NCBI GenBank assembly: GCA_002493865.1
Contig: DLAC01000001.1
Coordinates: 1,330-53,543 of the forward strand
DNA from: Bacillales bacterium UBA7057
GTDB lineage: Bacteria > Bacillota_I > Bacilli_A > RF39 > UBA660
Length of the DNA: 52,214 nt
Direction: 5' to 3'
The notes under the pieces were generated by a model. That model saw only the letters and a list, made by a program, of their open reading frames with translations, was not told the DNA's origin and did no database searches. Made by a program: the position numbers and the translations under genes. Of this stretch, positions 44,836 to 52,214 are shown piece after piece (within the stretch, counting starts at the first letter, position 1; each line of letters begins with the position of its first letter).

Positions 44836-44836
44836 A

Positions 44837-45676
44837 CTATTTTCCAGCATGATATTCTTTATAAACTACTGACTTTGGAATATCTCTTTCAACAGCCACT
44901 TTTTTAATTGCTTCCTTCTCTGTCATTCCGTCTTCTAAATATAATGCAATATGTTCTAAAATTGTCATGCTTGAAAAATCTTCCTGAACTTGAGTTCCTT
45001 CTACTACAACTACCATTTCACCTTTTAATGAATCAACAATTTCTAAAACTTCCTCAGTAGTACCTCTGATAGCTTCTTCATATTTTTTACTAATCTCTCT
45101 ACATAAAGCAATATTTCGATTTCCAAATACCTTAAGTAATGATGTAAGCATATCATGAATACGATGAGGTGCTTCATAAAAAATAATAGTATATGGAAGT
45201 CTCTTTAAGGATTCTAATTCCTTTTCTCTCTTTGATGTTTTACTATTTAAAAATCCGTAAAATAAAAAAGGAGATGGATAAATTCCGGACATCGTAAGTG
45301 CAGGCACAAAAGCAGTAGGACCTGGAAGACTAATTACATTATAACCATGTTTACTAATATACTCAACAATACGATAACCGGGGTCACTAATAATAGGTGT
45401 TCCTCGATCCGTTACTAATCCAATGTTTAAACCTTCCTGAAGTTTACATAATACCATGCTTTTTAATGAGTCTTCTGTATGATCATCGGAATGAATTAAT
45501 TTCTTTTTAATACCCAAATAATGAAGTAATTCTGAAGTAATTCTAGTGTCTTCACATAATATTAAGTCAACCATTTCTAAAGTATGAATCGCCCGTAAGG
45601 TAATATCTTCCATATTCCCTACAGGTGTCGGTATTAGATATAGACTTGGACTATTGTCGTAACTCTTTTGCCTCAT
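44837..45676 (-). CDS. rsmI: 16S rRNA (cytidine1402-2'-O)-methyltransferase
   Basis: Tetrapyrrole-methylase fold blocks LYLIPTPVGN, ILCEDTR, SDPGY. 279 aa. Confidence 0.9.
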   Translation of the reverse strand: MRQKSYDNSPSLYLIPTPVGNMEDITLRAIHTLEMVDLILCEDTRITSELLHYLGIKKKLIHSDDHTEDSLKSMVLCKLQEGLNIGLVTDRGTPIISDPGYRIVEYISKHGYNVISLPGPTAFVPALTMSGIYPSPFLFYGFLNSKTSKREKELESLKRLPYTIIFYEAPHRIHDMLTSLLKVFGNRNIALCREISKKYEEAIRGTTEEVLEIVDSLKGEMVVVVEGTQVQEDFSSMTILEHIALYLEDGMTEKEAIKKVAVERDIPKSVVYKEYHAGK

Positions 45677-45704
45677 GCAATTTCACCCTCTACTATAATA
45701 AAAA

Positions 45705-46241
45705 TTATTTTTTCTTGTTTATTATTTTTTGATACATGTATTCAGGAACAGAAACTTCTAATTTTTCAACAATATCTAATTGCTGAATGACTTGATGAAT
45801 AGCCTCTGGATTTTGAGAACCAATTTCGATACTGATTCCTAAATCTACAATATTCTCTAACCAAATAGTCACCGTTTCCGTTTGATATTGTACACCAGTT
45901 TTCTCTAATTTAAAAGAAAAATTATATTGATCTTCATAATTTTCCTGAACAAATCTCATGGCACTATCCAAGTCATCAAATTCTTCCCTTACCAAAACTT
46001 TATCTTCTTTTTGATTTCCAGTAAAAATTGCTCTCTTGAGTATTACTAAAACACTTTTGTTTTTCCACTCATTATGTTGATAAACTCGAATTTTTAAAGT
46101 ATCATCAGTAATAGAATTACCATTCTTGTTAATATAAACTAAATCATAAAAAGCAAAGTCACTAACTTTCCGATACATATTTTTTTGTAAATACTCTTTA
46201 ATTTCAGTTTCATCTTTTAAAAGAACCCTAGAATAAAACAT
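45705..46241 (-). CDS. CYTH-like domain protein (CyaB/triphosphatase fold)
   Basis: An E.E.K-type motif near the N-terminus (DETEIKEY). The C-terminal block VTIWLENIVDLGISIEIG resembles the v.lD.v..LG.fvEiE strand of CYTH proteins. Recognition by eye only. Confidence 0.4.
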   Translation of the reverse strand: MFYSRVLLKDETEIKEYLQKNMYRKVSDFAFYDLVYINKNGNSITDDTLKIRVYQHNEWKNKSVLVILKRAIFTGNQKEDKVLVREEFDDLDSAMRFVQENYEDQYNFSFKLEKTGVQYQTETVTIWLENIVDLGISIEIGSQNPEAIHQVIQQLDIVEKLEVSVPEYMYQKIINKKK

Positions 46242-46259
46242 AATTTTTCTCCTTATATG

Positions 46260-46979
46260 CTATTGAAACATTTCTAATACTTCTTTCGTATAATCTCCAT
46301 TTTCTTCATGAGCATAAAGTGGCGGTAATACCTTTAATCCGACACCACCATTTTTTCTTGCTTCTACTAAAATCATATTTGATTCTGAATTTACCTTTGG
46401 ATAAATAAATCTTATCTTTTTGACTTCCAAACCATACTTAGAACATAATCTCAAAATATCTAGAAAACGATCGGTTCTATGTACTAAAGCAAGGATTCCG
46501 TTATTTTTTAAAAGATATCTAGATGCTTTTAATAGTTCTTCCAAAGTTAGGTTAACTTCATGACGAGCAATAATCTTGTGAGGATCTTCGTTTAGATTAC
46601 TCTGTTCATCAATTTTAAAATAAGGTGGATTACAAGTAATTACATCTATTGAGTCTCCCTCAAAATATTCTTTTACTTTTTTGATATCTATATTATATAA
46701 TTCAATTCTATCTTGTAAAGAATTATACTCAACTGTCTTTTTTGCAAGTTCATAGACATCTTTTTGAATCTCTACTCCTATAATTTTTGCTTTTGTTTTC
46801 GTAGATAAAATCAAAGGAATTGGAGCATTCCCAGTCCCAAGATCCATAATTGTTTTAATATTTTTATTTAAAGTAACAAAATTAGGTAATAGTACAGAAT
46901 CTAAAGAAAATAAAAACCAATCTGTATTTTGATATATTTTAAGGTTTTCATAGTTCACTAAATCATTCAATACTTCCAT
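46260..46979 (-). CDS. SAM-dependent N6-adenine methyltransferase, YabB/TrmN6-like
   Basis: SAM motif DLGTGNA and catalytic NPPY (ITCNPPYF). The position matches B. subtilis yabB. Confidence 0.8.
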   Translation of the reverse strand: MEVLNDLVNYENLKIYQNTDWFLFSLDSVLLPNFVTLNKNIKTIMDLGTGNAPIPLILSTKTKAKIIGVEIQKDVYELAKKTVEYNSLQDRIELYNIDIKKVKEYFEGDSIDVITCNPPYFKIDEQSNLNEDPHKIIARHEVNLTLEELLKASRYLLKNNGILALVHRTDRFLDILRLCSKYGLEVKKIRFIYPKVNSESNMILVEARKNGGVGLKVLPPLYAHEENGDYTKEVLEMFQ

Positions 46980-47760
46980 TACTTAAATCAACCTCTATTT
47001 GACTATGATTCTTACCTTCAATCATTGCTGTTTTTTTGAATACATTTAATGAAACTATTTTACCAGTAATATCTCCATTTTTATAGATAGATCCTATTTT
47101 GGGTAGACTCTTTTTTAAATGACTATAAGTTTCATCCTCATAGTTTAAACAACAAAGAAGCCTTCCACAAACCCCATTAATTTTAGATGGATTCAGAGCA
47201 AGCATTTGATTTTTAGCCATATTGATGGATACACTATTAAAGTCTGTTAAAAAAGTACTACAGCATAAAAATCTACCACAAGGTCCCAATCCTCCAATTT
47301 CTTTTGCCTTATCACGAACACCAATCTGACGAAGCTCAATTCTTGTATGATAGATTTGCGCTAGCTTTTTGGCAAGTTCTCTAAAATCAATACGCTCATC
47401 AGCAAGGAAGTTAAATAATAATTGACCACGATCAAAGGTATATCTAGCATCAATTATTTTCATTTTCAATTGGAGTTCTTCCACTTTTTTTCTAGCAACC
47501 TCTAAAGCCTTAGAAGCATCCTCCAAATTTTTTTGATATTGTCTTTCATCTTTTTCAGTTGCAATTCTTTTCACACTTTTTAAGGGAAAACCAATATCAC
47601 TTTCAGTAAGTTCTTTTATTGCAATTACTTGTCCATATTGTAATCCTTTTTCTGTTTCTACTATTACGTTTTGGCCATTTTTTAATTCCAATCCACTTGT
47701 ACTAAAAAAATAATTTTTTGCATTCTTTTGGAAATTTACAATCACTGCATGAATCATCAT
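46963..47760 (-). CDS. ricT: PSP1-domain protein YaaT/RicT
   Basis: Start refined to MMIHAVIVNFQKNAKNYFF...VIVETEKGLQYGQV, which parallels the B. subtilis YaaT N-terminus. Cys cluster GPCGRFLCC ... GVCGRLLCCL. Confidence 0.85.
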   Translation of the reverse strand: MMIHAVIVNFQKNAKNYFFSTSGLELKNGQNVIVETEKGLQYGQVIAIKELTESDIGFPLKSVKRIATEKDERQYQKNLEDASKALEVARKKVEELQLKMKIIDARYTFDRGQLLFNFLADERIDFRELAKKLAQIYHTRIELRQIGVRDKAKEIGGLGPCGRFLCCSTFLTDFNSVSINMAKNQMLALNPSKINGVCGRLLCCLNYEDETYSHLKKSLPKIGSIYKNGDITGKIVSLNVFKKTAMIEGKNHSQIEVDLSNGSIE

Positions 47761-47771
47761 ACCACCACCTA

Positions 47772-48647
47772 TCAATTTATATCTGTAAATTTTATAATAA
47801 AATCATCAAGCATCAAATTTGTATTTAAATTATATCCTAAATCTTGAAGTTTGCTATGAATAATTTCTAATTTATGTAATAGTCTTTGCTCATTATTTTT
47901 CTCTAAAATTTTTGCTAGAACAGAATCCATCTCCTCTGGAAAAGAAGATTTTTCTAATTTCCGAACTGCCTGTTCATATATATATTGCATACTAGTGAAT
48001 ATAGTAATCCACTGTTCTCTATTATAATATTGATTTTCTAAAGCAATCGGTAAGTATGCAATAGCTTGTCTACCCTTTTGTTCTATACAGTCTATAATTT
48101 TATGAACAGTTTCAATATCAGATATTTCCAATTCCATAGTCTGATTTAAAAGTGAGAAAATTTGACAACGACTACGAATAGTATCAATTACTTTATAGCG
48201 ATTTTCTGTCACAAGAATTGCAATAATATTTTTCTCAGGTTCCTCTAAAAACTTGAGTAAAGCATTTGCAGATTCTTTATTTAATTTATCAGCTTCATAG
48301 ATAATATAGATTCTACTTATTTGATTATCCAAAGATTTAGTCATAAATTTTTCTTTAATTTCCATAATTTGCTTTTTCTTAATGAATGAACCATCCGGAT
48401 AAATCTGAATAAAGTCCCCATTTGCATTATAATCAATCAATGAACACAAATTACAGTTTTTACACATGGTTGGTTTAGATATATGATTAGGGCAATATAA
48501 ATATTTTGCGAAAGACAAAACAATGGAATTCGCATTTTGACAATTTCTAGTTTCAATTAAATATGCTTGAGAAATTTTGTTTTTATCCACAATCCTTGTG
48601 ATTTCTTCCACAAAATATGGTTGTTCGTTCATATAAGAAGCCAACAT
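47772..48647 (-). CDS. holB: DNA polymerase III subunit delta'
   Basis: Clamp-loader fold with ISQAYLI, a Cys cluster (CKNCNLC), NALLKFLEEP and SRCQ blocks. Conserved holB-yaaT order. Confidence 0.8.
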   Translation of the reverse strand: MLASYMNEQPYFVEEITRIVDKNKISQAYLIETRNCQNANSIVLSFAKYLYCPNHISKPTMCKNCNLCSLIDYNANGDFIQIYPDGSFIKKKQIMEIKEKFMTKSLDNQISRIYIIYEADKLNKESANALLKFLEEPEKNIIAILVTENRYKVIDTIRSRCQIFSLLNQTMELEISDIETVHKIIDCIEQKGRQAIAYLPIALENQYYNREQWITIFTSMQYIYEQAVRKLEKSSFPEEMDSVLAKILEKNNEQRLLHKLEIIHSKLQDLGYNLNTNLMLDDFIIKFTDIN

Positions 48648-48661
48648 ATAATCGTCCCTTT

Positions 48662-48856
48662 CTATCGAATAAATACATAAAGTAAAACTAAAGAAAATAA
48701 TGCAGGAAAGCCTAAAAATGACATAAACCCTACAGTTATAAAATTAATTGGAATTATAATATTAAAATTATTCACAATCATATTAAAACCATAAAGGACA
48801 AAAAAACTAAGAATAAATCGTTTAATAAACTGCGTTATTTTTTTCATTTTTATCAC
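48662..48856 (-). CDS. bofA: Pro-sigma-K processing inhibitor BofA-family small membrane protein
   Basis: FNMIVNNFNIIIPINFITVGFMSFLGFPALFSLV parallels B. subtilis BofA (VNMFGGSLGIHVPINLVTTAISGILGIPGIAALV). Its position after recR matches. Confidence 0.65.
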   Translation of the reverse strand: MIKMKKITQFIKRFILSFFVLYGFNMIVNNFNIIIPINFITVGFMSFLGFPALFSLVLLYVFIR

Positions 48857-48886
48857 CTATTAAAAGGTATGGTAAATTATATAAAT

Positions 48887-49483
48887 TTATTCTATATCTT
48901 TTCGATCTAACAATGCCCTTTCTAATGTCATTGCATCTATATATTCCATATCAGCGCCTATTGGTACCCCGCTTGCTATCTTAGAAATTTTCAAATCCAA
49001 ATCTCCTAATATTCTTTTTATATAAAGAGACGTAGTTTCTCCTTCAATACTAGGTTTAAATGCCAAGATAATTTCCTTATAATTAGAATTTTTAATTCTA
49101 TCAATGAGTTTTCCTAAATCAATATCCTCAGGATTAATTCCTTCTTTTGGAGAAATTAGTCCTTTTAAAACATGATAATCGCCCTTAAACATCCCAAGTT
49201 TTTCAAATAAGAATACTATTTTAGGATCCTCAACTACACAAAGTAAGTGATGATCACGGGAGGCATTAGAACAAATATCACACTTTTCTTTATCTGTTAA
49301 TACATTGCAAATAGGACATTCATGAATATTTTTTTTACAATTTTTAATACTTTCTTGAAAATACTCAGTTCTTTCTTCATCCATATCAAGGACGGAAAAA
49401 GCCAATCGCTCAGCCGTCTTTTCCCCAATTCCTGGAAGGTATTTAAAACATTCTATTAAATTTTCTAAACTTTCTGGATACAT
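48887..49483 (-). CDS. recR: Recombination protein RecR
   Basis: HhH block LPGIGEKTAERLAF, C4 zinc finger CPICN...CDIC, Toprim domain. 198 aa. Confidence 0.95.
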   Translation of the reverse strand: MYPESLENLIECFKYLPGIGEKTAERLAFSVLDMDEERTEYFQESIKNCKKNIHECPICNVLTDKEKCDICSNASRDHHLLCVVEDPKIVFLFEKLGMFKGDYHVLKGLISPKEGINPEDIDLGKLIDRIKNSNYKEIILAFKPSIEGETTSLYIKRILGDLDLKISKIASGVPIGADMEYIDAMTLERALLDRKDIE

Positions 49484-49484
49484 C

Positions 49485-49781
49485 TTAGAAAAGTCCTGGT
49501 ACTGAGTTAGTGAATTTTCCTAATTTTTCTTCTGTCATTTTATCCACTTTTTTAAAAGCATCATTAATTGCAATCATAATCATATCTTGTAACATTTCTA
49601 TATCATCAGAAGTAAGTTCAGAATTATTAATTTCAATTTTATTAATTTCTTTGGTTCCCTTTACTTCTACTTTAACAAAACCATTTTCTCCTACAAAAAC
49701 AGTTTGATCAATTTCATTTTTTGCTTTCATCATATCCTTTTGCATTGATTGTGCTTGTTTCATTAACGCTTGTAAATTCAT
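49485..49781 (-). CDS. ybaB: Nucleoid-associated protein YbaB/EbfC (YaaK)
   Basis: MKQAQSMQKDMMKAKNE start and the ML.D.I..A.N.A block. Conserved dnaX-ybaB-recR order. Confidence 0.9.
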   Translation of the reverse strand: MNLQALMKQAQSMQKDMMKAKNEIDQTVFVGENGFVKVEVKGTKEINKIEINNSELTSDDIEMLQDMIMIAINDAFKKVDKMTEEKLGKFTNSVPGLF

Positions 49782-49798
49782 ATTTTATCTCTCCTTTT

Positions 49799-51559
49799 CT
49801 ATTCATTTACACTTACCATATTTTCTCCAAATAATTTGATGGCATCATCTACAATGGAATTATCTGGTAAAGCGGTATTATCTTCATTCAAATTTTTATT
49901 CACAGATTCTTTCTGCTTGAAGGAAGAATTCAAATCCAAGTATTGATAATTAATACCATTATTTTTATTTTCAATATATTTATTTTTTTCAATTTCCCAT
50001 TCTTCGTTTGTCAAATATGCCACATGATATTCTTCTCCAAAAATTTTAAATAGCAATTGTTCAATTTGTGTATTAAATTGAAATCCTCTACTAACTACTG
50101 ATTCATAATCAAATGTAATAATAATTTCATGGCTTCCTGAGGCACGAATAGTGGCATCAGATAGGTAACAAGCAGCTGCTCCATATTTGTTATCTAAAGC
50201 ATAGTCATTTAACAAATTCCAGCTGTTTTTTATATGAAGTAATTTATCTTTAGATGCACTATAGAAACAATTATTAATAATAATTGAATTTCTTTCGGAA
50301 AAATTAGTATCAGCATGAGTATCAATTTGACTTTCTGCTGATTCAGAATTTGAATCAAAACTTTTTTCTTTTTTTTGAGAAGTCATATGACTATCAACAT
50401 CTATATTATCATCTGTCATTTTCATTGTATTTTGAACATTTGTATCATATTTAATTTGTTCACTATCAGTATTATTTTCAGATTCTGATGAAACATTTTT
50501 TAAAGTTGTATTATAACTTTTTTTATTTCTTTGATAGATAAATGATAATATCTTAGTTTCAAATATAATTCTAAGATTATTACTTTCCTTTAATGCAATT
50601 GCAATCTCATCCATTTTTTCCACAAATGAAAGTAAAAATTCAATATCACAATCAGTATTTTCATAGGAATAGTAATTTATAATCATATTTCTACAAAGAA
50701 CCATTAAATCTTGAGAAAATATTACTAAGTCTTTTCCACAATTATAGATGAAATCAATAAACTCTATGATTTTATTAATTTCACCATTTTCCACCAGTGA
50801 TAAAAATTCTTTTTTCTTCTCTATTGACACAATGCCATTCAACTCTTCAAAATCATCTAATGTTATTTTTTGGTCAGAATACGAAACCAATTTATCTAAC
50901 ATACCAATAGCATCACGAAATCCACCGTCTGAAAGATTAGCTATACTTTTTAAAATTTCATCATCTATTTTAATATTTTCGGATTCACAAATATAGCGAA
51001 GCCTATGAATAATATCATCCTCACGAACCCGATGGAAATCTAAACATTGACATCTAGAAATGATAGTCACAGGAACTTTATGAACATCTGTAGTAGCAAG
51101 TATAAAAATTACATGTTCAGGAGGCTCTTCTAATGTTTTAAGTAATGCATTAAATGCTCCCGATGATAGCATATGTACTTCATCTATAACATAGACTTTA
51201 TATTTTAATTCTGTTGGAACTAGAGATACTTTATTTTTAATTTCACGAATTTCATCTACGCCGTTGTTAGAAGCAGCATCTAATTCTATAATATCAGGAC
51301 AATTTCCATTCAAAATAGAAATACAATTTTTACATTTTCCACAGGCAATCCCATCTTGAAGATTCAAACAATTTATATTTTTGGCTAAAATTCTAGCCAT
51401 TGTAGTTTTTCCAGTTCCCCTAGGACCACAAAATAAATACGCATGACTAATTCTATTTAGTTTCAGTGAATTTTTAATTATTTTAACAATTGCAGATTGA
51501 CCAGAAACGTCATCTAAATCCGATGGTCTGTATTTTCTATAAAGTGTTTGATAAGACAT
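49799..51559 (-). CDS. dnaX: DNA polymerase III subunit gamma/tau
   Basis: YRKYRP start, Walker A GPRGTGKTT, zinc module CGKCKNC, DEVHMLS, SRCQ. Confidence 0.95.
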   Translation of the reverse strand: MSYQTLYRKYRPSDLDDVSGQSAIVKIIKNSLKLNRISHAYLFCGPRGTGKTTMARILAKNINCLNLQDGIACGKCKNCISILNGNCPDIIELDAASNNGVDEIREIKNKVSLVPTELKYKVYVIDEVHMLSSGAFNALLKTLEEPPEHVIFILATTDVHKVPVTIISRCQCLDFHRVREDDIIHRLRYICESENIKIDDEILKSIANLSDGGFRDAIGMLDKLVSYSDQKITLDDFEELNGIVSIEKKKEFLSLVENGEINKIIEFIDFIYNCGKDLVIFSQDLMVLCRNMIINYYSYENTDCDIEFLLSFVEKMDEIAIALKESNNLRIIFETKILSFIYQRNKKSYNTTLKNVSSESENNTDSEQIKYDTNVQNTMKMTDDNIDVDSHMTSQKKEKSFDSNSESAESQIDTHADTNFSERNSIIINNCFYSASKDKLLHIKNSWNLLNDYALDNKYGAAACYLSDATIRASGSHEIIITFDYESVVSRGFQFNTQIEQLLFKIFGEEYHVAYLTNEEWEIEKNKYIENKNNGINYQYLDLNSSFKQKESVNKNLNEDNTALPDNSIVDDAIKLFGENMVSVNE

Positions 51560-51614
51560 AATTCACCTCCAAAACTACTAATATTATACCATATTCATTA
51601 TACTTTTTTATTAA

Positions 51615-52058
51615 TTAATCTCTTTTTTTAGAAAAAAAATTTTTCAAAATTTTACTACACTCTTCTTCTAAAATTCCTGTAAGTAATTCTACAGGTTTTC
51701 CATAGCTATTATCACTCAAAATTTGATAAATTAAAGTGTAATCAGAATTATTAGGAACAGTTCCACAAATTACCTTTTTAATTCGAGATTGATTAATTGC
51801 ACTAGAACACATTGGGCATGGTAAAAGTGTCACATAAAGCGAACAATCATTTAATCTCCAATCCTTTAAGATTTTAGATGCTTCCTGTATTACATTGATT
51901 TCTGCATGCCTTATTACACAATTATCTTGAATACGAGTATTATGTGACTTAGCAATAATTTTGTTTTTATAAACAAGCACTGCTCCAACTGGAACTTCTC
52001 CTTCTTCTAGAGCTATTTTAGCTTCGTTTAAAGCCTCCAGCATATATTTTTCATACAT
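51615..52058 (-). CDS. tadA: tRNA-specific adenosine deaminase
   Basis: Deaminase zinc motifs HAE and PCPMC. The start is probably MYEKYMLEAL after RBS GGAAGTGA; the ORF track extends to 52073. Confidence 0.9.
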   Translation of the reverse strand: MYEKYMLEALNEAKIALEEGEVPVGAVLVYKNKIIAKSHNTRIQDNCVIRHAEINVIQEASKILKDWRLNDCSLYVTLLPCPMCSSAINQSRIKKVICGTVPNNSDYTLIYQILSDNSYGKPVELLTGILEEECSKILKNFFSKKRD

Positions 52059-52081
52059 TATTATCACTTCCAAACAAAAAA

Positions 52082-52158
52082 GTGCACATAAATATATAAT
52101 GTTAAGGCTGCTATCTTCCGATCCTGACCTGGTTCCATCAATATTTATTGCACGTATA
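52082..52158 (-). ncRNA. ffs: Signal recognition particle RNA, short 4.5S-like form
   Basis: The minus strand reads GTGCAATAAATATTGATGGAACCAGGTCAGGATCGGAAGATAGCAGCCTTAACATTATATATTTATGTGCAC. It contains the conserved domain IV core CCAGGTCAGG.CCGGAAG.AAGCAGCC. The flanking arms pair with each other. TTTTTTG follows, and a TATAAT box lies at 52165-52170. Confidence 0.75.
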
Positions 52159-52214
52159 TATTCTATTATATTTTTTTAAAAAAAACAAGAATTATTATTA
52201 ATTTTATGTTTCAC

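Noticed and set aside
19981-50996. Further antisense plus-strand ORFs: 19981-20190, 21808-22128, 21914-22132, 27028-27252, 28297-28488, 32065-32295, 39848-40189, 40839-41117, 43676-43903, 49510-49707, 50748-50996. Also the minus-strand ORF 33982-34182, antisense to the plus-strand gene.
   Set aside because: The reasoning is the same: they are embedded opposite strongly supported genes, have no translation signals, and give compositionally biased translations.

Overview
Low-GC Bacillota-type chromosomal segment (AT-rich by eye) using the standard bacterial code: TGA clearly terminates genes. More than 60 genes are present, and all but one lie on the minus strand.

Backbone: this is the conserved origin-proximal housekeeping and sporulation block known from Bacillus subtilis. 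Read right to left on the minus strand it runs: SRP RNA, tadA, dnaX, ybaB/yaaK, recR, bofA, holB, yaaT/ricT, yabB-like methyltransferase, rsmI, pth, mfd, spoVT, metG, tatD, 3D-domain protein, rsmA/ksgA, yabG, veg, spoVG, yabP, yabQ, divIC, tilS, ftsH, dusB, lysS, clpC, cysS.

Accessory material sits at breakpoints of this backbone. The three most unusual items are:
1. A self-contained six-gene operon (12.6-17.0 kb) wedged between ftsH and dusB. It is built around a methylthiotransferase-like radical SAM enzyme that has no TRAM domain. That enzyme is flanked by two paralogous 237-aa proteins of unknown family. Upstream are an acidic 239-aa protein and a duplicated 149-aa protein, one copy of which carries an in-frame TGA exactly at a conserved Trp.
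2. A 159-aa ORF between rsmI and pth that contains three tandem copies of the N-terminal signature of ribosomal protein uS3 ([21 protein letters not shown]).
3. An 818-aa protein with no signal peptide, an unknown N-terminal domain, about sixteen 21-residue LRR-like repeats and a single C-terminal TM anchor.

Other observations:
- A T-box leader (probable Met specifier) drives an operon of unknown gene, dut-like gene, metG and a second unknown gene.
- A duplicated terminator-promoter-RBS module brackets an alpha/beta-hydrolase gene.
- An orphan promoter-to-terminator unit (candidate sRNA or leader) lies upstream of an ABC-2 transporter.
- An AT-hook-like lysine-rich insertion sits in a YfcC-type transporter.
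- A small secreted protein is encoded next to a MacB-type ABC exporter.

No transposase, integrase, CRISPR array, rRNA or tRNA gene was seen. All calls rest on motif recognition by eye; no database search or folding program was run.
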